DNA of 64,000 nt from Candidatus Multivoradales bacterium (GCA_965223855.1 CBDCXM010000008.1:320001-384000); one strand, 5' to 3'. Positions 51,480 to 61,250 are shown, counted from the first letter of the stretch. The notes: generated from the sequence alone by a model not told the origin. A program made the numbers and translations.

Positions 51480-52870
51480 GTCGCTCCCGTCGCACCGACC
51501 GGCTCGGACGCCCGGCGAGCCGTCACCGCAGCCGCCCGGGTCGACGGTAACCGGACCCGCACCGTCGTCCCCACTCCCGGAGCGCTCTCGACCTCGATCT
51601 CGCCGCCGTGCTCGCGGACGATCCGCTGGACCACCGCCAGTCCGAGACCGGTACCTCCGCGACGCGTCGAGAAGAACGCCTCGAAGATCCGCTCCACCCG
51701 CTCTCGTTCCATCCCGACTCCGCGATCCCGCACCTGAAGGGCGAGACCGTCACCGGCCGCTTCCGAGGCGACCTCGATAACCGGGCTCTCGTCGTCCTGT
51801 CGGCTTGCCGCCAGTGCGTTCTGGATCAGATTGATCAGCAGTTGCTGAATCTGCTCGCGGTCGACGACCAGCCGTCGCCCCCGAGAGCGATCGATCCACT
51901 CCAGACGGGCGCCGCGCTTCGCCAGCTCCGGCGCCAACAGCTCGTGGCACGCCTCGAAGAGCTCGCGCGGATCAACTTCCGCCGTCTCGAGACGGCGCGG
52001 CCGGGCGTAGCGCAAAAAGTCGGTCACGAGGCGCTCGAGCCGCTGGATCTCGTCGCGGGTGATTCCGAGCATCCGACGCTGCGCGCTCCCCTCCGGCAGC
52101 TCCTCGTCGAGCAACTGCATGTTGAGGTTGAGTGCGTTGAGCGGGTTCCTGATCTCGTGCGCCAATCCGGAAGCGAGGGTGCCCACCATCGCCATTCCCT
52201 CGGCCTCCGCCGCCTGCTCTTCCAGCCGGCGACCGCGCCGCCACAACCACCAGGCGAACGCCGTACCCGCCATCAGCAGCAGGATGGTCACGATCGCGAC
52301 CGTGGAAGCCTGCGTCACGAGCTCGCGTCTCAGCGTCTGCGCCCGACTCTGGAGCTCTCCGCGACTGATACCGATCCTCAGCATCCCGATCTCGCCGATC
52401 GGCACGTCGACGTCGAACGTCGCCTGACGCTCGGTCGTCTCCTGACGGACCGATTCGGGCAGTTCCCTCACTCCCGGCGTCGCTCCCGGCGACGGCGCCG
52501 CCGCCGGCGCCAGCGGAAACGACCCCTCCGCCCTCCCCTTGAAGACGAGGGTCCCTTCGGCATCGAAGACTTCGACGTCCTGCACGACATCGCGTTGCGA
52601 CAGGACCGAATCGATGTAGGTCTGCGTCTCGCGCTCCATCGCCACGGCGCTGAAGAGATCCTGCCCCTGGCTCTCGGCGAGGCCGGCGAGGCGGTCGGCC
52701 ACGGTCTCCGCTTCGAGACGCGTCTCGAGCAGAACCCGGTCGATCTCCCGTTGCGACAGCGAGCGGAAGATCAGCCAGCCGAAGAGACCGAGGTCGAGCA
52801 GGATGAAGGCGCCGAGGGCGATCGCTCCCCACAGCCAGCGGCGCGCTCCCAGCCGGTCGGGCCTCTTCAT
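51464..52870 (-). CDS. Sensor histidine kinase (HisKA, NtrB-like)
   Basis: Two TM helices, LAHEIRNPL, NLIQNA, DRGVG, FFSTRRGGTGLGL; start 52870 supported by TGcTACGCT 7 nt upstream. Confidence 0.9.
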   Translation of the reverse strand: MKRPDRLGARRWLWGAIALGAFILLDLGLFGWLIFRSLSQREIDRVLLETRLEAETVADRLAGLAESQGQDLFSAVAMERETQTYIDSVLSQRDVVQDVEVFDAEGTLVFKGRAEGSFPLAPAAAPSPGATPGVRELPESVRQETTERQATFDVDVPIGEIGMLRIGISRGELQSRAQTLRRELVTQASTVAIVTILLLMAGTAFAWWLWRRGRRLEEQAAEAEGMAMVGTLASGLAHEIRNPLNALNLNMQLLDEELPEGSAQRRMLGITRDEIQRLERLVTDFLRYARPRRLETAEVDPRELFEACHELLAPELAKRGARLEWIDRSRGRRLVVDREQIQQLLINLIQNALAASRQDDESPVIEVASEAAGDGLALQVRDRGVGMERERVERIFEAFFSTRRGGTGLGLAVVQRIVREHGGEIEVESAPGVGTTVRVRLPSTRAAAVTARRASEPVGATGATQRPL

Positions 52871-52985
52871 CCGGAGGAGCGTAGCAGCTTGTCGGAGCAC
52901 CGTTGTGGACCCGGCGATCGAGACTTGCCATACAATCTCCTCTATCGACATTTCTCCCTTACCATCCTCGCCACTGCGCTTCAGC

Positions 52986-54626
52986 GTGCGAGGTTCGTCG
53001 CGTCGACCGACCCCCGTCGTTCACGCCCTGCTGGCGAGCTCTCTCCTCGTGTGGGGGTGCGCCGACGCTGCGTCGAGGGCGCCCGAGCCCGAGACCGCTG
53101 CCGGTCGCCGGTCCGAGGCGATCGTCCTCGTCGCGGCCGAGCCGGCCGGCATCCATCCACTCGTCTCCGGCGGGCCGAAGACGACGCAGGATCTGATCGA
53201 CCGCCTCTTCCTCCATCTGTTCGAGGAGCAGCCCGACTTCGATCGAGGACCGCCGACCTTCCTCCCTCAGCTCGCCTCGAGTTGGGACTGGTCGGAGGAC
53301 GGCCGCACGCTCCGGCTCGACCTGCGAGACGACGTCTACTGGAGCGACGGCACCCCGGTGACGGCCGCCGATGTCGAGTTCACCTGGCGCGCTCAGACCT
53401 CACCCGAGGTCGGCTGGCGCTACGCGCAGCTCAAGGCCTCCATCTCCGGCGTCGAGGTGCTCTCGCCGTCGAGTCTGCGGGTCGACTTCACCCACGCCTA
53501 CCCGGGCCGGCTCTCGGATCTCAACGCCGGTGCCGTGCTGCCCGCCCACGCCTGGCGCGAACTGCCCTTGGACCGGTGGCCGACCGAGGCGGACTGGTTC
53601 CAGGAGCGGCTCGTCACCAACGGCCCGTTCGTCCTCGAGTCGTGGGATCCGCAGGAGCGGATCGTGCTCGCCGCCAACCCCGACTACTTCGAACCGGGCC
53701 TGCCGCGGCTCGAACGGTTGGTCCTGAGGGTTGTGCCGCTGCGCGAGAACAGGGTGGCGATGCTCGAAGCGGGGCGCGCCGACTTCGTCGAGGGGCTGAC
53801 GGTGGAGGAGGCGGCGCGAATCGATCGCGCCCCGCACGCCGAGACGCTCAGTACCTGGCACCGCCGCTACGACTACATCGGCTGGAATCTGAGACGTGCC
53901 GCCTTCGCCGATCGCGACACCCGGGTGGCGCTGACGCTCTCGCTCGATCGGGAGGAGCTGGTCGAGACCCTCTGGGACGGCCAGGCGAGGGTCGGTGTCT
54001 CGCCGATCCTCAGATCGGTCTGGGCGTTCGATCCGGGCCTCGAACCATGGCCGTACGACGTCCGGCAGGCTACGGCGACGTTGCGGCGAGCCGGCTGGCG
54101 TCGCGAGGACGACCGGATCCCCTGGAAGCGCAAGGGCGAGACGCTGACGTTCGAGCTTCTCGTCAACTCCGGCAATCCGACGCATCTCGAGGCGGCCCAG
54201 CTCGCCCGAGCTCACTGGGGGCGCATCGGGATCGAAGTCGAGGTTCGGCCGCTCGAGTTCCGTGCTCTCCTCGAACGACTCGACTCCGGCGACTTCGACG
54301 CGGCGGTCGGCTCATGGGGCATCGACACCTCGCTCGACCTCGGCTACGCCTTCCACACCGATGCGATCGCGGAGGGCTACAACTCCGGCGGTTACTCCAG
54401 CCGCGAGGTGGACCTTGCGATCGACGCCCTCAAGGAGGCGGAGTCGGTCGAGCGCCGTCGCGTCCTGCTGGAAGAGCTTCAGCACCAGCTTCACGACGAC
54501 CAGCCGTACACCTTTCTCTGGGAGCCGCCGCGGCTCGACGGCAGAAGCCGCCGCCTTCGCGACGCCAGACCCAACGCCCTGAGCGCCCTCTTCCGGGCGA
54601 GACAGTGGCACCTGGTCGATCCGTGA
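52986..54626 (+). CDS. Peptide/nickel ABC substrate-binding lipoprotein (family 5)
   Basis: Lipobox VWGC, LASSWDWSEDG, LRDDVYWSDGTPVTAADV, NGPF, NSGGYS; start position uncertain. Confidence 0.85.
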   Translation: MRGSSRRPTPVVHALLASSLLVWGCADAASRAPEPETAAGRRSEAIVLVAAEPAGIHPLVSGGPKTTQDLIDRLFLHLFEEQPDFDRGPPTFLPQLASSWDWSEDGRTLRLDLRDDVYWSDGTPVTAADVEFTWRAQTSPEVGWRYAQLKASISGVEVLSPSSLRVDFTHAYPGRLSDLNAGAVLPAHAWRELPLDRWPTEADWFQERLVTNGPFVLESWDPQERIVLAANPDYFEPGLPRLERLVLRVVPLRENRVAMLEAGRADFVEGLTVEEAARIDRAPHAETLSTWHRRYDYIGWNLRRAAFADRDTRVALTLSLDREELVETLWDGQARVGVSPILRSVWAFDPGLEPWPYDVRQATATLRRAGWRREDDRIPWKRKGETLTFELLVNSGNPTHLEAAQLARAHWGRIGIEVEVRPLEFRALLERLDSGDFDAAVGSWGIDTSLDLGYAFHTDAIAEGYNSGGYSSREVDLAIDALKEAESVERRRVLLEELQHQLHDDQPYTFLWEPPRLDGRSRRLRDARPNALSALFRARQWHLVDP

Positions 54627-54629
54627 TCG

Positions 54630-55556
54630 ATGAGCGTGCGACTCCCCGGCGCTGTCGCACGGCTCGGTAGAGCCACGGCGCTCCTGTGGCTGCTGGCCAC
54701 GGTCGCGTTCTTCTCCGTCCGCATCGCTCCGGGAAACGCCCTCGACCCGCCTTCCCCTTCCGTCCCAGTCGCATTCGAGGAGTCTCAGGCTCGCCTCTAC
54801 GGGCTCGACCGACCGCTCGCTCGCCAGTACTTCGACTGGATGTCGGGCCTCACCCGCGGAGACCTCGGCTGGTCGTTCGAGTACCGGGCCCCGGTCGTTT
54901 CCGTACTCGCGAGGGTGGCCCCCGACACCGCTCGTCTGGTAGCGCTGGCGCTGGCAATACAGTTCCTCGTCGGCCTTGCAGCGGCTGCGGCGGCCGCACG
55001 GTCGGCGCCGGGCCGGAGCCTCCTCGACCCGGCGGCCGCGATCGTCCACTCACTGCCGCCGTTCTGGCTCGCCCTCCTGCTGCTCACGGTGCCGGGCGTC
55101 CTGGCCCTCGTCCCGACGCGGGGTGACGCCTCAGCCGCCCTGGTACTGCCGGCACTCGTCCTTGGATTGAGCGGAGCCGCAGGCGTCTACAAGCTCAGCC
55201 TCCCCGATCTCGAGGAACATCTACGAGACACCGTCGCCCTCGGGGACGAGGCTCGCGGCGGCGGCTCGCTGGGAGTGTTGTGGCGAGCGGGCCTCCGGCG
55301 CTCGCTCACCCCCGCTGTCGAGAGGCTTCCGTTCGATCTCCCGGCTTTCGCCGCCGGAGCGCTCGCCATCGAGGTGGTCTTCTCCCGCCCGGGTCTCGGA
55401 CGGGCGGTCCATCGCGCCTTCCTCGTGCGGGATCTGCCGCTGCTGGCCGCCGGGACGCTGGCGGCGGGATGTGCCGTCCTCCTGGGCAGCCTGCTCGCCG
55501 ACCTGCTCGGAACATGGATCGACCCGCGGCGCGGTCTCGAGCCCGGAGCCCGATGA
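54630..55556 (+). CDS. Peptide ABC permease (DppB/OppB-like)
   Basis: YGLDRPL..QY..W, GDLGWS, LPPFWLA, EVVFSRPGLG, RDLP, IDPR. Confidence 0.85.
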   Translation: MSVRLPGAVARLGRATALLWLLATVAFFSVRIAPGNALDPPSPSVPVAFEESQARLYGLDRPLARQYFDWMSGLTRGDLGWSFEYRAPVVSVLARVAPDTARLVALALAIQFLVGLAAAAAAARSAPGRSLLDPAAAIVHSLPPFWLALLLLTVPGVLALVPTRGDASAALVLPALVLGLSGAAGVYKLSLPDLEEHLRDTVALGDEARGGGSLGVLWRAGLRRSLTPAVERLPFDLPAFAAGALAIEVVFSRPGLGRAVHRAFLVRDLPLLAAGTLAAGCAVLLGSLLADLLGTWIDPRRGLEPGAR

Positions 55557-56569
55557 CGCACTCGAGGTGGTGGCTGGCAGCAGTGGTCGTGTTGATGGCG
55601 CTCGCGCTCCCCGTCGCCGAAGAGCCGCCGATCGTCGATCCGGCGGCCACCAGGCATCTGCCTCCCGGCTCGAGACGCACCGAGCTCACTTTCAGCGACG
55701 GCAGGGTGTTCGCCGTCGAGGAGCTCGAAGAACGCGGCGGTGCCCTCTGCTACACGCGGCTGGGCGAGAAGGCCTCGATCGACGCCACACAGATCACCGG
55801 ACGACAGCGGCGTCGCTTCTGGCTCGGCACCGACCGCCTTGGGCGTGATCTCCTGCTCCGGGTCGGGGCAGCGACCCGCCGATCCATCGTCTTCGCCGGC
55901 TCGGGAGCCCTGCTGTGTGCCCTGCTGGGCGTCGCGATCGGCAGCGCGATCGGCCGACTCCCGCGTTCAGGGCGCACACTCGCCAGTCGCAGCATCGATC
56001 TGTGGGCTTCGATACCGGCACTCTTCGTCGTCCTGGCAGTCGGTGCGCGCGACCCTCTCTCCCCTGGCTCCCTCGCCGTCCTCCTCGCGCTGCTGCGCTG
56101 GCCCGCCGTGGCACGCCTCGCCCGAGCGCGGGTGCTGGAACTGGCCGCGGCCCCGTTCGTCGAAGCGGCGGTAGCGACGGGCATTCCGCGCTCCCGCCTC
56201 CTGGTGACGCAACTGGCTCCCCACCTGCTGCCGGTGGCGATCGCGGCCGCCGCACTGATCTTCGGCGAACTGCTGCTGGCGGAGGCAACCCTGTCGTTCC
56301 TCGGCGCCGGCCTGCCACCTCACGCTCCGGGCCTGGGAGGGCTTCTCGAATGGCGGCATCCCTCGGGGGCGCAAGCGTGGCCGCTCGGCCTGCCCGCGGC
56401 GGTTCTCGCGCTGCTCGTCTCGGTCGCCTTCGCGGGCGCGAGGACACCGACCGGGGCGGGCGCGAGGGTACCGGCCGGGCAGCCCCGATCCTCGCGGCCC
56501 TGGACCTCGCCTCACAACGTCGAGGACCAGCCCACCACGGACCTCGGCCCGCCCTTGAATCTTCGTTGA
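55553..56569 (+). CDS. Peptide ABC permease (DppC/OppC-like)
   Basis: WLGTDRLGRD, FVEAAVATG (EAA loop), EATLSFLG; ATGA overlap. Confidence 0.85.
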   Translation: MTHSRWWLAAVVVLMALALPVAEEPPIVDPAATRHLPPGSRRTELTFSDGRVFAVEELEERGGALCYTRLGEKASIDATQITGRQRRRFWLGTDRLGRDLLLRVGAATRRSIVFAGSGALLCALLGVAIGSAIGRLPRSGRTLASRSIDLWASIPALFVVLAVGARDPLSPGSLAVLLALLRWPAVARLARARVLELAAAPFVEAAVATGIPRSRLLVTQLAPHLLPVAIAAAALIFGELLLAEATLSFLGAGLPPHAPGLGGLLEWRHPSGAQAWPLGLPAAVLALLVSVAFAGARTPTGAGARVPAGQPRSSRPWTSPHNVEDQPTTDLGPPLNLR

Positions 56570-56599
56570 CCGCTGTGCTAACTTCCCGCAGATTCAAGG
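56553..56599 (+). promoter_or_regulatory. Putative promoter bracketed by a perfect 10-bp inverted repeat
   Basis: TTGAAT(56555)-N18-TAACTT with TG extension; CCTTGAATCT (56553-62) and AGATTCAAGG (56590-99). Confidence 0.55.
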
Positions 56600-56687
56600 A
56601 ATCAGTCCGGTTCCGGCAAGCAGTCCTCGAACTGCTTTCGATACCGGTTCAGAGGAACGTCACGCAATCGCCCTCGGAGGGAATCTC

Positions 56688-57437
56688 ATGAAGTCGTTCA
56701 AACTCGTCGTTATCGCTCTCGCGGTCGTCGCGCTTTGCGCCGGTACGGCCCAGGCACAGGGGCTCTCGAAGTCCCAGGAGCAGGCACAGAATCCGGGCGC
56801 CTCGCAGCCGCCGGCCTTCCGTGTCGCCTCCGTCCCGCCGCGCCCGGCGCCGGGCCCGAACGGCGGCACCGTCACCGCCACCGTCCAGTACGACAACGGC
56901 ACGCTGACCGCGCTGCCCGTCGGCTTCGACTTCATCGTCGGCAACGTCTTCGACCGCCCGACCACCGCACCGTCGTGGACCGGCAACGTGACGCTCAACA
57001 GCTTTTCCTTCTACTTCATGGAAGACTCGATCGCCGACACCGGCCTCTTCTTCAACGTCGCCGACCCGGTGAACTCGTCGACGATCTCGTCCAGGGTCAG
57101 CGTCAACATCGGCGGCCTGGCCAACTCGGGGCAGTCGTTCTCCAGTCCGACGCTCAACGTCATCCCGCAGAGCGCCCTCGGCACCACGGGCGTGTTCTCG
57201 AACACGATGTACATGGGTGTGTGGACGCTCAACTCGGCGACCACCTTCCCGGTGGACAACGAGACGATCGGCCTCAACGACACCGCGCCGCTGCTGGGCG
57301 GGTTCCAGGGCTACACCGCAGGGACCGACGCCACCGGGCCGATCCTGTGGGCTCCGGGCAGCTTTCACGCGATCATCCGCGCCAACCTCACCTACGATCC
57401 GATTCCGGTCGAGGTGATGGCGTTCGAAGTCGACTGA
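56688..57437 (+). CDS. Secreted beta-rich protein with C-terminal PVEVMAFEVD motif
   Basis: Signal peptide ending AQA, Gln/Pro-rich N-terminal segment, Asn/Thr/Ser/Gly/Phe-rich body, GGAGG RBS, own terminator. Confidence 0.85.
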   Translation: MKSFKLVVIALAVVALCAGTAQAQGLSKSQEQAQNPGASQPPAFRVASVPPRPAPGPNGGTVTATVQYDNGTLTALPVGFDFIVGNVFDRPTTAPSWTGNVTLNSFSFYFMEDSIADTGLFFNVADPVNSSTISSRVSVNIGGLANSGQSFSSPTLNVIPQSALGTTGVFSNTMYMGVWTLNSATTFPVDNETIGLNDTAPLLGGFQGYTAGTDATGPILWAPGSFHAIIRANLTYDPIPVEVMAFEVD

Positions 57438-57459
57438 TTGCTCCCAAGCTGAACGATCG

Positions 57460-57489
57460 AACGGCCTCGCTTCGGCGAGGCCGTTTTTT
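57460..57489 (+). terminator. Intrinsic (Rho-independent) terminator
   Basis: AACGGCCTCGC-TTCG-GCGAGGCCGTT stem ending in a run of six T. Confidence 0.9.
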
Positions 57490-57628
57490 CTGCGCCACCC
57501 TTGCCGAGGCTCGAGCCGGCCGCCCGCCCCTTGGAGCGGTGGGCGCCTCCTGCTAGCCTGACGCGTCCTGCCGCCCAAGGTCGCCCCGCGCCGACCGAGG
57601 AGGGCATCTCGCGCAACCCTCGTATCTG

Positions 57629-59164
57629 ATGCTGGCCTCCTTGCTCCTCCTGCTCGCCCTTGCACCCGCGGCGGCGGACTCCTCGACCACCGGCGGCGAG
57701 ATCGTCCTGGCGACGTTCTCGGGAGGGGCCGTCACAACCGCGGACATCTCGCGCATCGACAGCTTCCTCAGCCGCGGAGAGGAGCAGTTCCGCGAACGCG
57801 CAGACCTCGCCGGCACCCTCTCCGTTCGCGACTGGGGGCAGCGAGTCGCGTTGAGAGAAATCGTCGCCGGCAAGATCCCTCCCGGAGAAGAACTCCACGA
57901 GGCGCAGGTGTCGTTCGCGATCGATCGCTGGCGTAGCCGCTGCTTCGGCTACCCCGAGGAGCTCGAGAAGTTGCCCCCCCTGGATCCGGAACCCGCGAGG
58001 GCTCTGCCGGACCGGATGGGCCTGTGGTACGTCTTTCGCCGCACCGCTTCGCCGGCTGACGAGCCGAGAATCCGGCAGGAACTGGAAGCGGCGGCTTCCC
58101 AGGTCTCGGACCTCGACGCCTTCCGCAAGCTCGCCCGCGAGACCTCGGAGGGGGGCAACGCCCACCTCGGTGGGAGGATGGGCCTGGTGGTCGAGGGGCA
58201 GCTTCCCGCGAAGCTCTTCGAGCGCCTGGTCACCGTCCCGGTAGGGGCGGTCAGCCCGGTGCTCGAGAACAAGGCGGGGCTCTTCCTCTTCTTCGTCGAG
58301 AGTCGCGAGTCGGGCCGGCTCAGTGATCCGGCCCAGGATCTGCGACGCAGGGAGCGCCGACGGGAACTGGAAGTGGTCGCCCGGTGCCGAGCCCGCCGCC
58401 TCGAGGAGGTCCCGCCCGTGCCGACCGAACTCACCGGAGAGGAGCGGGCAGCGGCCGAGAACCTGGCGCTCGCTCGACTGTGGAGTCTCGGCGGCCATAG
58501 CCAGCCGGAGGAGGCGCTGCGGTTTCACGAGATCGGACTCGAGGCTCGGATGGTCGAGGAGGTCTCGGCCCGGGCGAGTCGACGGATCGACGAGCCGACC
58601 GAGGACGAGCTGCGACGCGAGTTCGAGCTCACCGTCCCCCCTCTGAAGCGCCCGAAGCACCTCGGACTCACCCTGCTGACGCTCTCGGTGACACCCGACG
58701 CGGACGCCTTCGAGGAGCTCAACCGGCTTGCGGAGGCGCGCACCCGGCTCGTGCTCGGTGAGGATGAAGCGACGGTCGCCGCCTCCCTCGACGGGGCCGA
58801 GCTGAGGAGGCTGCCTCCGACAGCGCTGCGCAACCTGGCAGGCCTCCTCGGCCCTCCGATCTTCGAGGGAGTACGCGTCCTCGAACCGGGAGAGTGGAGC
58901 GCACCGCTGGCCGACCGGGCGCTCTACGTCCTGGCACGGATCGACACCGTCGAGCCGCCAAGGCCGCAGACGTTCGAGGAAGCACGGCCGATCCTCGAGA
59001 AGAAGCTGGCGCGCCGAGGCGAGGACGCTGCCCGTCTCGCGGTCATCGATGAACTGCTTCGCGGCCACGACTTCCGATGGACCGACGCGGCGGTGGCGCT
59101 CTTCCAGCAAGGGTCTGCCGGCCCGCCCGAAGCCACGACCGTAGAGGAGGGCTCTGAGCCGTGA
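57629..59164 (+). CDS. Exported PpiC/parvulin-domain foldase (SurA/PrsA-like)
   Basis: Signal peptide, VLATFSGGAVT, FRKLARETSEGGNAHLGGRMG, VGAVSPVL, second degenerate domain ending PQTFEEARP. Confidence 0.75.
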   Translation: MLASLLLLLALAPAAADSSTTGGEIVLATFSGGAVTTADISRIDSFLSRGEEQFRERADLAGTLSVRDWGQRVALREIVAGKIPPGEELHEAQVSFAIDRWRSRCFGYPEELEKLPPLDPEPARALPDRMGLWYVFRRTASPADEPRIRQELEAAASQVSDLDAFRKLARETSEGGNAHLGGRMGLVVEGQLPAKLFERLVTVPVGAVSPVLENKAGLFLFFVESRESGRLSDPAQDLRRRERRRELEVVARCRARRLEEVPPVPTELTGEERAAAENLALARLWSLGGHSQPEEALRFHEIGLEARMVEEVSARASRRIDEPTEDELRREFELTVPPLKRPKHLGLTLLTLSVTPDADAFEELNRLAEARTRLVLGEDEATVAASLDGAELRRLPPTALRNLAGLLGPPIFEGVRVLEPGEWSAPLADRALYVLARIDTVEPPRPQTFEEARPILEKKLARRGEDAARLAVIDELLRGHDFRWTDAAVALFQQGSAGPPEATTVEEGSEP

Positions 59165-61227
59165 GTGCTGCGTGTTTCACGACCGGATGGAGACCGGTCT
59201 CCCTGTCGGCGTTGCTGCTGGCGTCGTTCTGGGGAACCGGCTGTACGAGCGAGCCGCCGATCAATCTGATCGTCCTCTCTCTAGACACGACCCGCGCAGA
59301 CCACCTCGGCAGCTACGGCTACGACCGTGCCGCAACCCCCAACATCGACAGCCTCGCCGCGAGAGGTTTCCAGTTCGATCGCCACCTGACACCGGTGCCG
59401 ATCACCCTCCCCGCGCACACGACTCTGTTCACCGGCCTCACGCCGCCACAGCACTCCGTCCGCGACAACGGCACCTTCGTCGTCCCGGACCGCGTCACCA
59501 CTCTCGCGGAGGTGCTCTCCGAGGCGGGGTACCACACGTCCGCCTTCGTCGGCGCCTACCCTCTGCACTCGCAGTTCAACCTCGATCAGGGCTTCGACCT
59601 CTACGACGACGAGTTCGAGGGGGTTCCCGGGCCGGAGATCGGCGAGAACGTCTTCTTCGACGAGCGGCCGGCGCGGCGCGTAATGGACGTGGCGCTCGAC
59701 GAGCTGCGCACGCTCGAACGGCGGCCGTTCTTCTCCTTCCTCCACTTCTTCGACGCCCATCAGCCGCTCGTCCCGCCGCACCCCTACGACATCGATTTCC
59801 GGGATCGGCCGTACGACGGCGAGATCGCCTACATCGACGCCCAGATCGGCCGCCTGCTGCGATGGTTGGACGAGGCGGAGCTCACCGATTCGACCCTCGT
59901 GGTCGTCACCGCCGACCACGGCGAAGGGCTGGGAGACCACGGGGAGCTGACGCACGCCATGCTTCTCCATCAGCCGACTCTCCACATCCCTCTGATCCTC
60001 GCCGGGCCCGGTGTGCCGGTCGGCCGCACCTCGCTGTGGACCGCAGCGCCGCAGGTCTTCACGACCCTGCTCGACCTGCTCGACGTTGCACTGCCCGAAT
60101 CCGGCGATCCGGCACCCGCTCCGGGTCTGGGCCCGGTTCTCTCCTCGGCCGGTGAGCGCCCGCAGGGGTGGCCGAGGTTCGAGGCCTACTTCGAGACGAT
60201 CGCGCCACGCGCGTCCCACGGCTGGTCGCAGTTGACCGGCTGGATGAGAGGAGACTGGCGGCTCGTCCACGCGCCGCGCCCGGAGCTCTATCAACTCGAC
60301 GACGACCCCGAAGAGCGGCGCAACCTGGCGTCGGAGCGACCGAGCGAGGCGAGTGAGCTGTTCTCCGATCTCGCCGGCTATCTCAGCCGCTGGGAGACCG
60401 AGAGCGTCGGTGAGAGCGCCCAGGAGATCGACGAGGAAACCCGCCAGAAGCTCGCGGCTCTCGGCTACCTTCAGCTCGATCACGACGCTCTCGGAGAGCT
60501 CGACGACATGCTCGACGTCTCGAGTCTCGTCGATCCGAAGGACAAGGTCGTCGACATCTCGCTGATCTCCGAGGCGCGAGCCTCGATCGACTCGAACGAC
60601 TGGAACCGCTCCTACGAGCTCCACCGACAGCTCGTGGAGCGCTATCCGCAGTCCCTGCCGGGGCTCAAGGGGCTCGCGGTGCTCTATGGGCGGCGGCGCG
60701 ACTGGACGCCGACGTTCGAGTACCTCGACCGGGCTCTCGCCGTCAGTCCGGAGTCGATGGAGTTGCAGATGCTCAAGGGGCAGTTGCTGATCGACAAGGG
60801 CGACGCCCAGTCAGGACTCGACATCCTGGTCCCACTCGCCGACAAGGTGGTCTCCTGGCGAGCGGACGCCTTCCACATGTGGGTCGGCGTCGGACACTCG
60901 AAACTCGGCCGTCCCGACGAAGCGATCGCCTCGTTCGAACGAGTCCTCGAGGCAAGTCCGGACAATCGCTGGGTCGGCCTCTACCTCGCCAACGAGCTGG
61001 CAGCCGCCGGGCGCCACGACGAGGCCCGGGGGCGTTTCGAGAGGCTGATCGAGCTCGCCCCCTACTTCCCGCTCGCTTACTACAACTTCGCGCTCCTCCT
61101 CCACGAGACCGGAGAGAGCGCAGCGGCGCTGAGACTGGCGGAGCGTTCGGTCCGGCTCGACACCCGCCATGCGCCGTCACGGCAGCTCGTCGAAACCCTG
61201 CGGCGCGCTCTCGGAGGCTCGTCGTGA
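59161..61227 (+). CDS. Sulfatase-like (alkaline phosphatase superfamily) lipoprotein with C-terminal TPRs
   Basis: Lipobox GTGC, LSLDTTRADHLG, PITLPAHTTLFTG, HFFDAH, YDGEIAYID, ADHGEGLGDHGE, then several TPR helices. Confidence 0.88.
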   Translation: MSAACFTTGWRPVSLSALLLASFWGTGCTSEPPINLIVLSLDTTRADHLGSYGYDRAATPNIDSLAARGFQFDRHLTPVPITLPAHTTLFTGLTPPQHSVRDNGTFVVPDRVTTLAEVLSEAGYHTSAFVGAYPLHSQFNLDQGFDLYDDEFEGVPGPEIGENVFFDERPARRVMDVALDELRTLERRPFFSFLHFFDAHQPLVPPHPYDIDFRDRPYDGEIAYIDAQIGRLLRWLDEAELTDSTLVVVTADHGEGLGDHGELTHAMLLHQPTLHIPLILAGPGVPVGRTSLWTAAPQVFTTLLDLLDVALPESGDPAPAPGLGPVLSSAGERPQGWPRFEAYFETIAPRASHGWSQLTGWMRGDWRLVHAPRPELYQLDDDPEERRNLASERPSEASELFSDLAGYLSRWETESVGESAQEIDEETRQKLAALGYLQLDHDALGELDDMLDVSSLVDPKDKVVDISLISEARASIDSNDWNRSYELHRQLVERYPQSLPGLKGLAVLYGRRRDWTPTFEYLDRALAVSPESMELQMLKGQLLIDKGDAQSGLDILVPLADKVVSWRADAFHMWVGVGHSKLGRPDEAIASFERVLEASPDNRWVGLYLANELAAAGRHDEARGRFERLIELAPYFPLAYYNFALLLHETGESAAALRLAERSVRLDTRHAPSRQLVETLRRALGGSS

Positions 61228-61250
61228 GAGACCGCCGTCAACGGGCCCTC

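Noticed and set aside
51608-54670. 1020-aa ORF on the + strand in the ORF track
   Set aside because: It is antisense to the histidine kinase and out of frame with the ABC binding protein, Arg/Pro-rich with no motifs: a high-GC shadow ORF.
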